DNA from: an uncultured Actinomycetes bacterium
Lineage (GTDB): Bacteria > Actinomycetota > Thermoleophilia > UBA2241
Assembly: GCA_963767005.1 (NCBI GenBank)
Contig: CAVYCN010000019.1
Location: 63,611-95,610, forward strand
DNA: 32,000 nucleotides
Reading direction: 5' to 3'
Position numbers and translations under genes: made by a program. The notes beneath the pieces were generated by a model. It was not told the origin of the DNA. It worked only from the letters and a program-made list of their open reading frames with translations, and searched no databases. Shown piece by piece: positions 1 to 9,465 of the stretch. How positions within the stretch are numbered: position 1 is the stretch's first letter; the number at the start of each line of letters is the position of its first letter.

Positions 1-24
1 CAGCGAACAGGCAGCGGCGAGTGG

Positions 25-2313
25 TTGCGGGTGCAGCAGGCGGCGGACCTGCTCGGCGTCAGCCCGACCACGGTGCGGCGCTGGGCCGACTCCGGCACGA
101 TCGGCTCACGGCGCACCCCGAGCGGCCAGCGCCGCTTCTCGCGGCAGGACCTCGAACGTCAGCTCGCGGCGGGCGACGGGCCGGCGCCCGGTCCGACCGG
201 TGATCCTCTGGAGCAGCGTTTCCGGCTCCTTCTCGACACGAGCCTCGAGCTGTCGTCGACCATCGAGCTCGACGAGGTGCTGCAGTCGGCCGCGCGCCGC
301 CTCACGACGACCCTCGCCATCCCCGACTGCGACATCTACCGGCTCGAGGAGGGCGATCGCCTGGTCTGCCTGGCCTCGGCGTTCAACGGCGCCTACGACG
401 GAGGCTGGGTGGGCAAGGAGGTCCATCTCTCCGACTGGGGCCTCGACCGGATGGCCGTCGACACGGGTCGCGCCCAGACGGCGAGCAGCCTCGACGATCC
501 GCGCCTTTCCGACGAGGAGCGGGCCGCCATGGAGCCGTACGGTCAGCGCAGCGAGATCGCGCTGCCGCTGGTCGCCCGCGACAGGGTGATCGGCCTCGTC
601 GACCTTCTCGACCACGTCGAGCACGACTTCACGCCCGATGATATCGCCGCCGCTGAAGCCGTCGGCCAGCTCGTGGCCCTGGCGATCGAGCACGCCCAGC
701 TCTACGACGAGGTCAAGCGCCTGCACCTGGCCAACCTGCGGGCGCTCTCGTCGGCGCTGTCGGCCAAGGACCACTACACGCTCGGTCACGCCGGCCGCGT
801 CGCCGCCTACTCCGCCATGCTCGCCCAGGAGCTCGGCTGGTCCGAGGAGCGCGTGAACGAGCTCCAGAACGTCGCCTTCCTGCACGACATCGGCAAGATC
901 GGCGTCTCCGACCGCGTGCTGCTCAAGGCCGGTCCGCTGACCTCCGAGGAGTGGGAGCTCATGCGCCAGCACCCCGGCATCTCGGCCGAGATCGTGCGGC
1001 CGCTGTTCGACGACGAGCTCGTCGCCGGCGTGCGCCACCACCACGAGCGCTTCGACGGCTCGGGATACCCCGATCACCTCGCCGGCGCGGCGATCCCGCT
1101 CGTGGCCCGGGCGATGTGCGTGGTCGACTGCTACGACGCGATGTCGTGCGAGCGCCCCTACCGGCACGCGCTCTCGTATCGCGACTGCCGCGCCGAGCTG
1201 CGGCGCTGCGCCGGCACGCAGTTCGACCCGGAGATGGTCGAGGCGTTCCTGCGGGCCCTCGACAGACTGCGACGCCGCCGTGCGCAGGTCGCGGGCCTGG
1301 CGCGCCAGGCCGCGGCCCTGATCGACCCCGCCCGGCACACCCTGCTACGCAGCCGCGCCGACGAGGAGCGGCCCGAGTACCGCGAGATGGTCGAGACGCT
1401 GCGCGCCTTTCGCGACACCCACGCGCCGGTGCGCTTCATCACGAGCTACGCCCTCGCCGACGACCGCTGCATCACGGTGCTCGACACCGGCGAGAGCGAG
1501 GACGACCTGTCGCACGTCGGCGACCTCTGGCTGGCCGACGACGAGGTCGCCCGCGTCCTCGCCGGCGAGCGACTGACGGCCAACGTCCTCGACGCCGACG
1601 ACTTCGGCGTGTGGGTCTCGGGTACCGTGCCGCTGCGCGACGGCGATGGGGTCGTCGTGGCCGCGCTCACCGTCGACGTGCCGGTCGTGGGGACCTTCGA
1701 CCGCGCGGCCCGGTCCGACCGCTCCCACACCCTGGCGGCGATGCTGCAGGCCGCCGCCATCCGCTTCAGCCGGGCCGAGGTCGAGGCCATCACCGACGGC
1801 CTCACCGGCCTCTACAACCACCGCTACCTGCACGAACGGCTCGAAGAAGAGATCGAGCGCGCCCGCCGCCACAAGACCCGTCTGTCGCTGCTGTTCTTCG
1901 ACTGCGACGACTTCAAGCGGTACAACGACCTGTACGGTCACAAGGCGGGCGACGCCGCCCTCACCCGCATCGCCCGCATCGCCGAGGGCTGCAGCCGGCG
2001 CGTCGACCTGGCCGCCCGCTACGGCGGCGAGGAGTTCGTCCTCGTGCTGGTCGACACCGAGCACGAGGGCGCTCTCAAGGTCGCCGAACGGATCCGCAGC
2101 GAGGTCGAGAGCACGAGCGTCGCGACCGACCGTCCGCTCAGCGTGAGTGTCGGCGTCGCCGGTTTCCCCGACGACGCCACCGCCAAGGACGAGCTCCTCG
2201 ACAAGGCCGACTGGGCGATGTACGCGGCCAAGCGGGCCGGCCGCAACCGGGTGCTGTCGTTCCGCGACGGCCTCGTCACCAAGGAGACGTGGCTGTCGCG
2301 CCGCGGCCGCTGA
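25..2313 (+). CDS. Multidomain c-di-GMP signalling protein: MerR/excisionase-type HTH - GAF - HD-GYP phosphodiesterase - unassigned sensor-like region - GGDEF diguanylate cyclase
   Basis: ORF 25..2313 has a TTG start, but the frame stays open back to base 1, so the true start may lie upstream of the window. Motifs: 'LLGVSPTTVRRWADSG' (HTH_17/MerR-like); a GAF-like block at about aa 60-225; 'FLHDIGKIG' and 'HHHERFDGSGYP' (HD-GYP); and 'RRVDLAARYGGEEF' (RxxD I-site with PleD-like spacing, plus GGEEF). Confidence 0.85.
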   Translation: MRVQQAADLLGVSPTTVRRWADSGTIGSRRTPSGQRRFSRQDLERQLAAGDGPAPGPTGDPLEQRFRLLLDTSLELSSTIELDEVLQSAARRLTTTLAIPDCDIYRLEEGDRLVCLASAFNGAYDGGWVGKEVHLSDWGLDRMAVDTGRAQTASSLDDPRLSDEERAAMEPYGQRSEIALPLVARDRVIGLVDLLDHVEHDFTPDDIAAAEAVGQLVALAIEHAQLYDEVKRLHLANLRALSSALSAKDHYTLGHAGRVAAYSAMLAQELGWSEERVNELQNVAFLHDIGKIGVSDRVLLKAGPLTSEEWELMRQHPGISAEIVRPLFDDELVAGVRHHHERFDGSGYPDHLAGAAIPLVARAMCVVDCYDAMSCERPYRHALSYRDCRAELRRCAGTQFDPEMVEAFLRALDRLRRRRAQVAGLARQAAALIDPARHTLLRSRADEERPEYREMVETLRAFRDTHAPVRFITSYALADDRCITVLDTGESEDDLSHVGDLWLADDEVARVLAGERLTANVLDADDFGVWVSGTVPLRDGDGVVVAALTVDVPVVGTFDRAARSDRSHTLAAMLQAAAIRFSRAEVEAITDGLTGLYNHRYLHERLEEEIERARRHKTRLSLLFFDCDDFKRYNDLYGHKAGDAALTRIARIAEGCSRRVDLAARYGGEEFVLVLVDTEHEGALKVAERIRSEVESTSVATDRPLSVSVGVAGFPDDATAKDELLDKADWAMYAAKRAGRNRVLSFRDGLVTKETWLSRRGR

Positions 2314-2335
2314 CCGGCCGGCCCGCGACCCCCCC

Positions 2336-3286
2336 CTACTCCGGCACGACCAGCACGATCTTGCCGAGCTTGCCGCCGGCGGCGAAGCGCTCGAAGGCGG
2401 CCGCCGCCCGCGCGAGCGGGAAGATGGCCGCCACGGGCACCCGCACGCGACCGGCCGCGAGAAGCGGTAACGCGGCCGCACCGAGCGCCGCGACGACGCC
2501 GGCCTTTTCGGCAAGCGACCGGGCGCGCAGCGTCGCGGCCCGCACCTGGGCGCGCCGCGACATGAGCAGGCGGAGGTCGAGCTCGAGCGTCGCGCCGGCG
2601 CCGACGCCGACGACGACGGCGCGCCCGCCGGTCGAGAGGCAAGGCAACGCCTTCGCCAGGCTCGGACCACCGACGAGCTCGAGCACGAGGTCGTACGGCC
2701 CGCGCCTGCCGACCTCGGCGGCGCCGATGACCTCGGCGGCACCGAGGCCGGTGACGGCGTCGCGCAGGCTCGGGTCGCGGACCTCGGCGACGACGTGGGC
2801 GCCGGCCGCGGCGGCGAGCTGCAAGGCGGCAGTGCCGACCCCGCCGGCGGCGCCGCTCACCAGCACGCGCTCACCGAGACCGAGATGGCCTTGCGTGAAG
2901 AGGGCGTCGTGGGCGGTCGCGAATGCTTCGGGAAAACCGCCCGCCTCGGGCCACGGCACCCCGGCCGGCAACGGCAACGCGTTCGTCTCGTCGACCGTGG
3001 CGAGGGTGGCCTGCGCCCCGCCGCCGACGAGCGCCATGACACGGTCGCCCGCGGAGAAGCGCCGGACGCGCGCGCCCACGCCCACGACCTCGCCGGCCAT
3101 CTCGAGCCCGGGGACGTCGGCCGGCCAGCCCGGCGGCGCCGGGTAGCGCCCGTCGCGCTGGGCGAGGTCGGCGCTGTTCACGCCGGCCGCCCGCACGGCG
3201 ACCAGGAGCTCGGTGTCGCCCGGCACGGGGGCGGGGCGCTCGACCACGTCGAGCGCCCCGCCCGCGCCGATCACGACCGCGCGCAC
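2336..3286 (-). CDS. NADPH:quinone oxidoreductase / zinc-type alcohol dehydrogenase superfamily (MDR) protein
   Basis: 316-aa ORF with a GTG start preceded by GGGAGGG. It shows the typical MDR/Qor pattern: 'VNSADLAQRDGRYPAPPG', 'PGLEMAGEVVGVG' and the Rossmann motif 'VLVSGAAGGVGTAALQLA'. Confidence 0.85.
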   Translation of the reverse strand: MRAVVIGAGGALDVVERPAPVPGDTELLVAVRAAGVNSADLAQRDGRYPAPPGWPADVPGLEMAGEVVGVGARVRRFSAGDRVMALVGGGAQATLATVDETNALPLPAGVPWPEAGGFPEAFATAHDALFTQGHLGLGERVLVSGAAGGVGTAALQLAAAAGAHVVAEVRDPSLRDAVTGLGAAEVIGAAEVGRRGPYDLVLELVGGPSLAKALPCLSTGGRAVVVGVGAGATLELDLRLLMSRRAQVRAATLRARSLAEKAGVVAALGAAALPLLAAGRVRVPVAAIFPLARAAAAFERFAAGGKLGKIVLVVPE

Positions 3287-3305
3287 AGGGCGACCCTCCC
3301 GCCGG

Positions 3306-3635
3306 TCATTGGTCCGCGACCGGCGAGTCGCCCCTCTCCCGGATCTGGGACACGGCCGACCGCAGCAGCCGCACCTGCTTGTGGTCGGCCACCTCGACGA
3401 CCACGAACCGGTCGCGGACCTGGCGCACGGTCCCGAGGATGCCGTCGATCGTGACGATCTCGTCCCCCTTGCGGATGGCGGACAGCATCTCCTGCTGGAC
3501 GCGGCGCCGGCGGCGCTGCGGCCGCACGAGGAGCACGTAGAAGACGACGACGACGACGACGATGTACACCACGAGGATCGCGCTGCCGGATCCGGCTGAC
3601 CGCGCGAGGAACACCGAGAGGATCGCTGCGCTCAC
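3306..3635 (-). CDS. yajC: Preprotein translocase subunit YajC
   Basis: 109 aa with an N-terminal TM helix followed by 'RPQRRRRRVQQEMLSAIRKGDEIVTIDGILGTVRQV', the characteristic YajC core. Confidence 0.85.
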   Translation of the reverse strand: MSAAILSVFLARSAGSGSAILVVYIVVVVVVFYVLLVRPQRRRRRVQQEMLSAIRKGDEIVTIDGILGTVRQVRDRFVVVEVADHKQVRLLRSAVSQIRERGDSPVADQ

Positions 3636-3845
3636 TTCGCCGACCCGCCCCCTTTCTGTTCTCGCATGAGCGACCGCGACGCGATCGCCCGGACTTGTCC
3701 AACGAGGCCAAGTCTATCCCCGATCGGCCCTCGTCGACCTTTCGGACGCGGAGAGGACCGCCGTTGACCGCGGGCCGCCGGATGAGTACCGTCGTCTCAC
3801 CGGCCCGCACAGAAGGAGCGGCGCCGCGCGGCGACACGACAGGAG

Positions 3846-4490
3846 ATGAGAGCGACGCTGAAGAGACGACCTCCGCTGGCGACCGTCGCCGGCCTCGTGG
3901 CCATCGTCGTCGCGATCTCGCTCGCGCTCGTAGCGTACAGCTACTACCCGTGGGCCTTCAGCCCGGCGGCCAACTGGATCAGCGACCTCGGCAACACGCT
4001 GCTCAGCCCGCGCGGCTCCATCTACTTCCGGCTCGACATGGTCGCCCTCGGCGGCGTGCTCAGCGCGTTCTTCGTGGGCCTGCGCGCCTGGTCGCGCGGC
4101 CAGTCGCTGTTCGTCAGGCTGCTCGTGATCGTCGGCCAGCTCAGCGGTCTCGTGAGCGCCGCCGCCATCGTCATGACCGGCGTCTTCTCCGAGAACGACT
4201 ACGCCGCTCATGCGCTGTGGGCGACCGTGATGTTCATCGCCCTGGCCACGGCCGTGCTCTTCATGGGCTGGGTCCACGTCTGGCACACCGACCTGTCGCA
4301 GCGCCTCGCCTACGCCGCCTTCGCGGTCTGCGCGGTCGACGTCGTGTCGGTCATCGAGCGGCGTCACTGGCTCGAGTGGCTGGCGGTGGGTCTGCTGCTG
4401 TGTTTCGTGGCGGCCGTGTCGCTCGGCACCTGGTCGTTGGGGCCGCGTCCCGCGCCGGCCGAAGGCCTACGAGGGCGAGTCGGCCGGTAG
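3846..4490 (+). CDS. Polytopic membrane protein, DUF998-like
   Basis: ATG start preceded by ACAGGAG. There are about 6 hydrophobic helices and an 'NWISDLGN' motif resembling the DUF998 'ISELG' signature. The 3' end overlaps the convergent ftsH end by 24 nt. Confidence 0.5.
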   Translation: MRATLKRRPPLATVAGLVAIVVAISLALVAYSYYPWAFSPAANWISDLGNTLLSPRGSIYFRLDMVALGGVLSAFFVGLRAWSRGQSLFVRLLVIVGQLSGLVSAAAIVMTGVFSENDYAAHALWATVMFIALATAVLFMGWVHVWHTDLSQRLAYAAFAVCAVDVVSVIERRHWLEWLAVGLLLCFVAAVSLGTWSLGPRPAPAEGLRGRVGR

Positions 4491-6257
4491 CGGCGGACCG
4501 AGCGGCGGGCCCAGCTTGCCCGGCCGCTGGGCCGGGTGCGAGTGGCGGCCCTCCTCGGCCGCGCTGCGCTGGCGGGCCTTCTGGTCTTTGGCGGCAAAGA
4601 CCTCCTCGGCCGGGGTGCCGCCAAGCAGCGCCTCGAACTCCTCGCGTTCGATCGTCTCGCGCTCGATCAGGATGGCGGCCACGCTGTCGAGCTGGCTGCG
4701 ATGCTCGCCCAGCACGCCGCGGGCACGCTCGTGGGCATCGGCGATGATGCGCCTGATCTCCTCGTCGATCGCGCGGGCGATCTCCTCGGAGTAGTCGGGC
4801 TCCTGGTTGAAGTCTCTACCTAGGAAGGGCATCGCCTGGTTGTGGCCCAAGGTGCGCGGCCCGAGCAGCTCGCTCATGCCGTAGCGCATGATCATCTGCT
4901 TGGCGGTGTCGGTGGCCTTCTCCAAGTCGTTGGCGGCCCCGGTCGTGATCTCGGCAAAGACGATCTCCTCGGCGGCCCGGCCGCCCAGGGTCATCGCCAG
5001 GGTGTCGTTTAACTCGCCCATCGTGGTCAGGAACTTATCCTCGGAGGGCAGCGAGATGGTAAAGCCCAAGGCGGCGCCGCGGGAGACGATCGAGATCTTG
5101 TGGACCGGGTCGGTGTGTTCCAGGTAGTGGGCCACCAGGGCGTGGCCCATCTCGTGGTAGGCGGTGATGCGGCGCTCGCGCTCGGAGAGCAGGCGGCTCT
5201 TCTTCTCGGGGCCGGCCAGCACGCGCATGATGCCCTCTTCGCACTCGGCCTGATCGATCGTCTTGCGGCCGTGCCGTGCGGCCAGCAGGGCGGCCTCGTT
5301 GACCAAGTTGGCCAGATCGGCGCCGGTGAAGCCCGGGGTCTGGGCGGCCAGGGTGTCGAGATCCACGCCCTTGGCCAGCGGCTTACCGCGGGTGTGGACG
5401 GCAAGGATCGCCTGCCTTCCGATGCGGTCGGGGCGATCGACCACGATCTGGCGGTCGAAGCGGCCCGGGCGCAGCAGGGCGGGGTCCAAGATGTCGGGGC
5501 GGTTGGTGGCGGCGATCAGGATGATGTTGTCCTTCATCTCAAAGCCGTCCATCTCGACCAGGAGCTGGTTCAGGGTCTGCTCGCGCTCGTCGTTACCGCC
5601 GCCAAAGCCGGCGCCTCTGTGGCGCCCGACGGCGTCGATCTCGTCCATGAAGACGATGCAGGGGCTCTGCGCCTTGGCCTGGGCAAAGAGGTCCCTGACC
5701 CGCGAGGCGCCGACCCCGACGAACATCTCGACGAAGTCGGAGCCGGAGATGGAAAAGAAGGGCACCCCGGCCTCACCGGCCACGGCGCGGGCCAGCAGCG
5801 TCTTGCCGGTGCCGGGCGGGCCGTAGAGCAGCACGCCCTTGGGGATGCGGGCGCCGAGCTGCTGGAACTTGCGCGGGTTCTCTAAGAACTCCTTGATCTC
5901 CTGGAGCTCCTCGACGGTCTCGTCGATGCCGGCCACATCGGCGAAGGTCACCTTGGGGGCATCGGGGGAGACCTGCTTGGCGCGGCTTTTGGCAAAGCCC
6001 ATGACGCGGCTGCCGCCGCTGCCCATGCGGCGCATCATGAAGGCAAAGAAGACGACGATCAGCAGCAGCGGCAAGAGCAGGGTGAGCAGGCTGCCCCACG
6101 AGGTGCCGCCGCTCTTGGCGGTGACGGCCACGCCGGGGTGGGCGGCGAGCAGCTGGGCGAGCAGGGTCGAGTCGGGGTAGGAGATCGTGTAGGGGGTGCC
6201 GCCGGCCGGGATCACGGCGATCGTCTGGGCGCTGGTGTCGACGGTGACGGAGCGCAC
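4467..6257 (-). CDS. ftsH: ATP-dependent zinc metalloprotease FtsH (main body: periplasmic region, TM2, AAA+ and M41 protease domains)
   Basis: Motifs: Walker A '[17 protein letters not shown]', Walker B 'IVFMDEIDA', SRH '[20 protein letters not shown]', and Zn site 'HEMGHALV'. The ORF begins at an internal GTG. The expected first TM helix lies upstream in another frame (next feature). Confidence 0.9.
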   Translation of the reverse strand: MRSVTVDTSAQTIAVIPAGGTPYTISYPDSTLLAQLLAAHPGVAVTAKSGGTSWGSLLTLLLPLLLIVVFFAFMMRRMGSGGSRVMGFAKSRAKQVSPDAPKVTFADVAGIDETVEELQEIKEFLENPRKFQQLGARIPKGVLLYGPPGTGKTLLARAVAGEAGVPFFSISGSDFVEMFVGVGASRVRDLFAQAKAQSPCIVFMDEIDAVGRHRGAGFGGGNDEREQTLNQLLVEMDGFEMKDNIILIAATNRPDILDPALLRPGRFDRQIVVDRPDRIGRQAILAVHTRGKPLAKGVDLDTLAAQTPGFTGADLANLVNEAALLAARHGRKTIDQAECEEGIMRVLAGPEKKSRLLSERERRITAYHEMGHALVAHYLEHTDPVHKISIVSRGAALGFTISLPSEDKFLTTMGELNDTLAMTLGGRAAEEIVFAEITTGAANDLEKATDTAKQMIMRYGMSELLGPRTLGHNQAMPFLGRDFNQEPDYSEEIARAIDEEIRRIIADAHERARGVLGEHRSQLDSVAAILIERETIEREEFEALLGGTPAEEVFAAKDQKARQRSAAEEGRHSHPAQRPGKLGPPLGPPLPADSPS

Positions 6258-6412
6258 CTGGCCGGCCTGGAGCTGGGCGACGAAGCTCTCGGCCCGCCCT
6301 GATAGGCATGGCTGACGCTGCTGCCATGGTTGGAACGCGTGACCGTCTCGATGATCAGGATGAGGGTCACGACGATCAGCAGCGGGACGACGATGCGGCG
6401 GACTGTGCTCAC
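6212..6412 (-). other. ftsH: Out-of-frame N-terminal fragment of ftsH (start codon plus TM1)
   Basis: GTG start preceded by AGAAGAGAGAG. The translation 'MSTVRRIVVPLLIVVTLILIIETVTRSNHGSSVSHAYQ' looks like the FtsH N-terminus with TM1. After base ~6300 it degenerates into Pro/Ser/Arg-rich off-frame sequence, while the FtsH-like sequence ('[18 protein letters not shown]') continues in the frame of ORF 4467..6257. Confidence 0.6.
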
Positions 6413-6580
6413 GTCGGCTCTCTCTTCTGTCGGGTGCGATTGGCCGGCTCGCCCGTTATGTTCCTCACAATCGGGCAGACGAATCTCGCGGACCCGAATC
6501 GCGTCGCCTGCGACCTTCGCGGCAGACGGGGCAAAGCCTTGCCGGCGGCGCCGCTGCGCGACTCCGCGCCGGCGGCGCCG

Positions 6581-7186
6581 CTACAGCCAGCCGCGCTCGG
6601 CGGCCAGGCGCGCCGCCTCGACCCGGTTGCGACTGCCGGTCTTGGCGATCGCCGTCGAGAGGTAGTTGCGCACCGTGCCCTCGGACAGAAAGAGCGTCGC
6701 CGCGATGTCGGCGACGGTCGCTCCGCCGGCCGCCGCCTCGAGCACCTCGCACTCGCGCTTGGTCAGCGGATTGGGCCCCGCGGCGAGGGCCGACGCGGCG
6801 AGCGCGGGATCGACGACGCGGGCGCCGGCGAGCGCCCGGCGGATGGCCGTCGCGAGCTGCTCGGCCGGGGCATCCTTGACGAGGAACCCGCTGACCCCGG
6901 CCTGCATCGCCCGCGCCAGGTAACCCGGCCGGCCGAACGTGGTCAGGATCAGGACCTTGCAGCCGGGTAGAGCGGCGCGCAGGGCCGCGGCGGCCTCGAG
7001 CCCGTCGATTCCCGGCATCTCGATGTCGAGCAGGGCGACGTCGGGACGCGCCGCGAGGGCCGCATCGACGACCTCGTCGCCACGCCCGACCTGGGCCACG
7101 ACCTCGATGTCGGGCTCCAGTCCGAGCAGCGCGGCAAGGGCGCCGCGCACCATCTCCTGGTCCTCGGCGAGCAGGATGCGGATCAC
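6581..7186 (-). CDS. Two-component response regulator, NarL/LuxR (DesR/LiaR-like) family
   Basis: Receiver domain 'IRILLAEDQEMVR...DVALLDIEMPGIDGLE...KVLILTTF' plus a C-terminal LuxR HTH 'LTKRECEVLEAAAGGATVADIAATLFLSEGTVRNYLSTAIAKTG'. The GTG start overlaps the kinase stop codon (GTGA). Confidence 0.9.
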   Translation of the reverse strand: MIRILLAEDQEMVRGALAALLGLEPDIEVVAQVGRGDEVVDAALAARPDVALLDIEMPGIDGLEAAAALRAALPGCKVLILTTFGRPGYLARAMQAGVSGFLVKDAPAEQLATAIRRALAGARVVDPALAASALAAGPNPLTKRECEVLEAAAGGATVADIAATLFLSEGTVRNYLSTAIAKTGSRNRVEAARLAAERGWL

Positions 7187-8570
7187 GGTCGGCCTGCTGA
7201 CGCCGGCGAGGTGCGGCCCCCGCCGTCGGCGATCGCGGCAGTGCCTGCTTCGGGGCCATCGTCCCCGGCCGGCTCGACGCTTGCGGCAACGCCTTGCTCG
7301 GGGCCATCGTCCCCGAACTGCTGCTCGACGAGCGCCTTCATCGTAGCCGGCGCCGCGGCCCCGCCGTCGGCGTCGGGCTCACGGCCTCCACACGGCAGCT
7401 CGGCGACGAGCCTGAATCCGGCCGGCCGGGCCGACCCGGCCTCGAACCGCCCGGCCGCGTCGGCCACCGCCTCGGCCAGGCCGCGCAGCCCATGACCGGC
7501 GCCTGCGCTCCCCGCCGCCGAGCCGACGCCGTCGTCGCTCACCTCGAGGCGCACGCCGCCGGCCGTGCGAGAAAGGCGCACGGCGGCGTGCGCCGCCCGA
7601 CTGTGGCGCACGATGTTGGTCGTCGCCTCGCGCAGCACGCGGGCAAGCAGCGCCTCGACGTCGGGTGGCAGCGGCTCGTCGGGCATCTCGGCGCCCATCT
7701 CGACGCCGGCCGCGTCGAGCGCGTCGCGCGTGCGCTCGAGCTCGGTACGCAGCGAGCGCGCGCGATAGCCGGTCACCGCCTCGCGCACCTCTTCGAGCGC
7801 GCGCCGCGCGATGTCCTCGACGTCGCCGACCTCGGCCAGCGCCCGTCCGGGAGCGGCCTCTCGCTCGAGCAGGCGGCGCGCGAGCTCGGCCTTGAGCACG
7901 ATCACCGACAGGCTGTGGCCGAGCAGGTCGTGCAGATCGCGTGCGAAGCGCAGGCGCTCGTCGGTCACCGCGTCGGCGGCGGCAAGACGGGCGACCTCGT
8001 CGCGCGAGCTGCGCAGCTCCTCGACCATGACGCCGCGGCGCCGCAGGAGCAGCGCGATCGACGCCGGCCATGACGATCGACAACCCGTACGACACGCCGG
8101 TGATGAGGTACGTCTCGCCGCGCCCCGAGGCGACGTTGACGGCGACCGAGCAGAGCGAACAGCCCACGATCGACGCGGCCGGCGTAGCGCAGCGGGAGAG
8201 ACGCCACCATCGTCACGACCACGAAGATGAACAGCACCATCCAGTCCGGCCCGTAGGCAAGCGTCGTACCCACGGCGATCGCCGCGAACAGGACGAGGGC
8301 ACCGCCACGCAACCGGCGACTGCCGCGGTGGCCGAGCAGGTGACCGTCGGCGGTCATGGTGTGCGGGATGGTCTGGACGAACACGGCGAAGCAGACGACG
8401 AACGCGACGAGCGCCGCGCCCGACACCCAGCGCGGACCCGCCACCCCGCTCACGACGTCGTTGACACAACCGGCCAGCGAGAGCAGGAACAGATAGACCA
8501 CGGAGTGGATGAGCCGGTCGTAACGCCGCTCGGCGACGCTCTGGCCCACCGGTGTCGCGGGACCGGTCAC
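7183..8570 (-). pseudogene. HisKA_3 (DesK/LiaS-like) membrane sensor histidine kinase, apparently interrupted by two frameshifts
   Basis: The catalytic part is in the frame of ORF 7183..8721: 'ERLRFARDLHDLLGHSLSVI' is the HisKA_3 H-box, and 'EATTNIVRHS' and 'DDGVG...GHGLRGL' mark the HATPase domain. TM helices 1-4 are in the frame of ORF 7965..8570. TM helices 5-6 ('GCSLCSVAVNVASGRGETYLITGVSYGLSIVMAG') are in the frame of ORF 7379..8167. The longest intact catalytic ORF with an ATG start would be 7183..8028. Confidence 0.7.
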
Positions 8571-8730
8571 GACCCCGCCACGCTCCTCGAGCTCGGCCGC
8601 GGGCTCCCTGCCCGCGGGCTCGCCTCATTGTACGGCAAGCGGCGCCGGCCCCGCGCGCTGCGCCGCGGGGCCGGCGCCGCGCGCCCGGTCCGTCGTCGCG
8701 CGCTTGCACCGACTCGCTCACGGGGGTCGC

Positions 8731-9465
8731 TCACACCCGCTGCGTGTCGCGCCGGTAGGCGCGGGCGGCGAGCAGCGACAGGCCCACGCCCCAGGCGCCG
8801 ACCACGATCCAGCCCTTGGCCGGCCAGCCGCCCGCGCCGAGCGCGGCGTGGCTGGCCTGCACGAGCCAGTACGAGGGCAGGCACTGCGCGATCGTGTTCA
8901 AGAGGCCGTTGCCGAGCGGATACCAGGCGCCGCTCACGAAGGCGAGCGTCGCCGTGAGGCCGCCCATCGCCGGGCCGATCGCATCGACGGTCAGCAGGTG
9001 GCCGCACAGGATGCCCAGGGCGGCGAGCGGGATCAGCCCGATCAGCAGGAGCGCGGTCATGTGGAGCCACTCCCCGGCCGACAGACGCACGCCGAGCAGC
9101 GTGCCCGACAGGTACAGCAGGCCGATGGTCAGCCCGGCCATGAGGTAGGCCGTGACGACCTTGGCGCGGAAGTAGTCCCGCGTCCGCAGCGGGGTGACGC
9201 GCAGTTGACGGTTCCAGCCGACGGCGCGCTCACCGGCGATGCGGGTGCCGCTCGACAGGATGGCGGCCATGGTGCCGAACGCGGCGAGCCCGATCATGTA
9301 GTACGTGGGCGCCGGGATGCCGCTGCCGCCCAGGTCGGTCACGTTGCGGTTGGGCGCCGCGATCAAGAAGTAGATGGCGAGCGGGAACCCCAGCGACATC
9401 ACGAAGAAGCGCTTGCTGCGCAGCGTCCGCAGCAGCTCGAAGCGGGTGTAGACGAGGGCGTTCAT
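8731..9465 (-). CDS. ABC-2 type transporter permease
   Basis: I trimmed the ORF to the ATG at 9465 ('MNALVYTRFELLRTLRSKRFFVMSLGFPLAIYF'). This start overlaps the ATPase stop codon (ATGA). The protein has six hydrophobic segments and the typical ABC-2 N-terminal pattern. Confidence 0.85.
   Translation of the reverse strand: MNALVYTRFELLRTLRSKRFFVMSLGFPLAIYFLIAAPNRNVTDLGGSGIPAPTYYMIGLAAFGTMAAILSSGTRIAGERAVGWNRQLRVTPLRTRDYFRAKVVTAYLMAGLTIGLLYLSGTLLGVRLSAGEWLHMTALLLIGLIPLAALGILCGHLLTVDAIGPAMGGLTATLAFVSGAWYPLGNGLLNTIAQCLPSYWLVQASHAALGAGGWPAKGWIVVGAWGVGLSLLAARAYRRDTQRV

Noticed and set aside
25-200. Excisionase-like HTH at the window start, as a possible prophage or integrative-element border.
   Set aside because: The HTH is fused in frame to GAF, HD-GYP and GGDEF domains. 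No integrase, att-like repeats at a tRNA, or phage genes are present in the window.
951-3146. Very long overlapping or antisense ORFs throughout the window. Examples: 951..3146 (+), 11375..13903 (-), 13986..15782 (-), 14210..15760 (+), 15864..18215 (+), 18594..20279 (+), 21396..24512 (+), 24578..26761 (-) and 26422..28977 (-).
   Set aside because: Their translations are Arg/Pro/Ala/Gly-rich low-complexity strings with no recognisable motifs. Each overlaps a gene with clear family signatures in another frame or on the other strand. Open off-frames like these are expected at this GC content.
6520-6585. Direct 15-nt repeat gccggcggcgccgct (6541 and 6568) and a small GGCAA-agcc-TTGCC hairpin downstream of the response regulator, considered as a terminator.
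   Set aside because: The stems are imperfect or short with no U-tract, and low-complexity GC repeats of this kind are frequent here. The evidence is too weak to annotate.
8074-8721. N-terminal 216 aa of the 512-aa ORF 7183..8721, which would extend the histidine kinase.
   Set aside because: This part translates as an Arg/Ala-rich sequence with no TM helices. The real TM helices are visible in the two other frames, so the extension is an off-frame read-through artefact.
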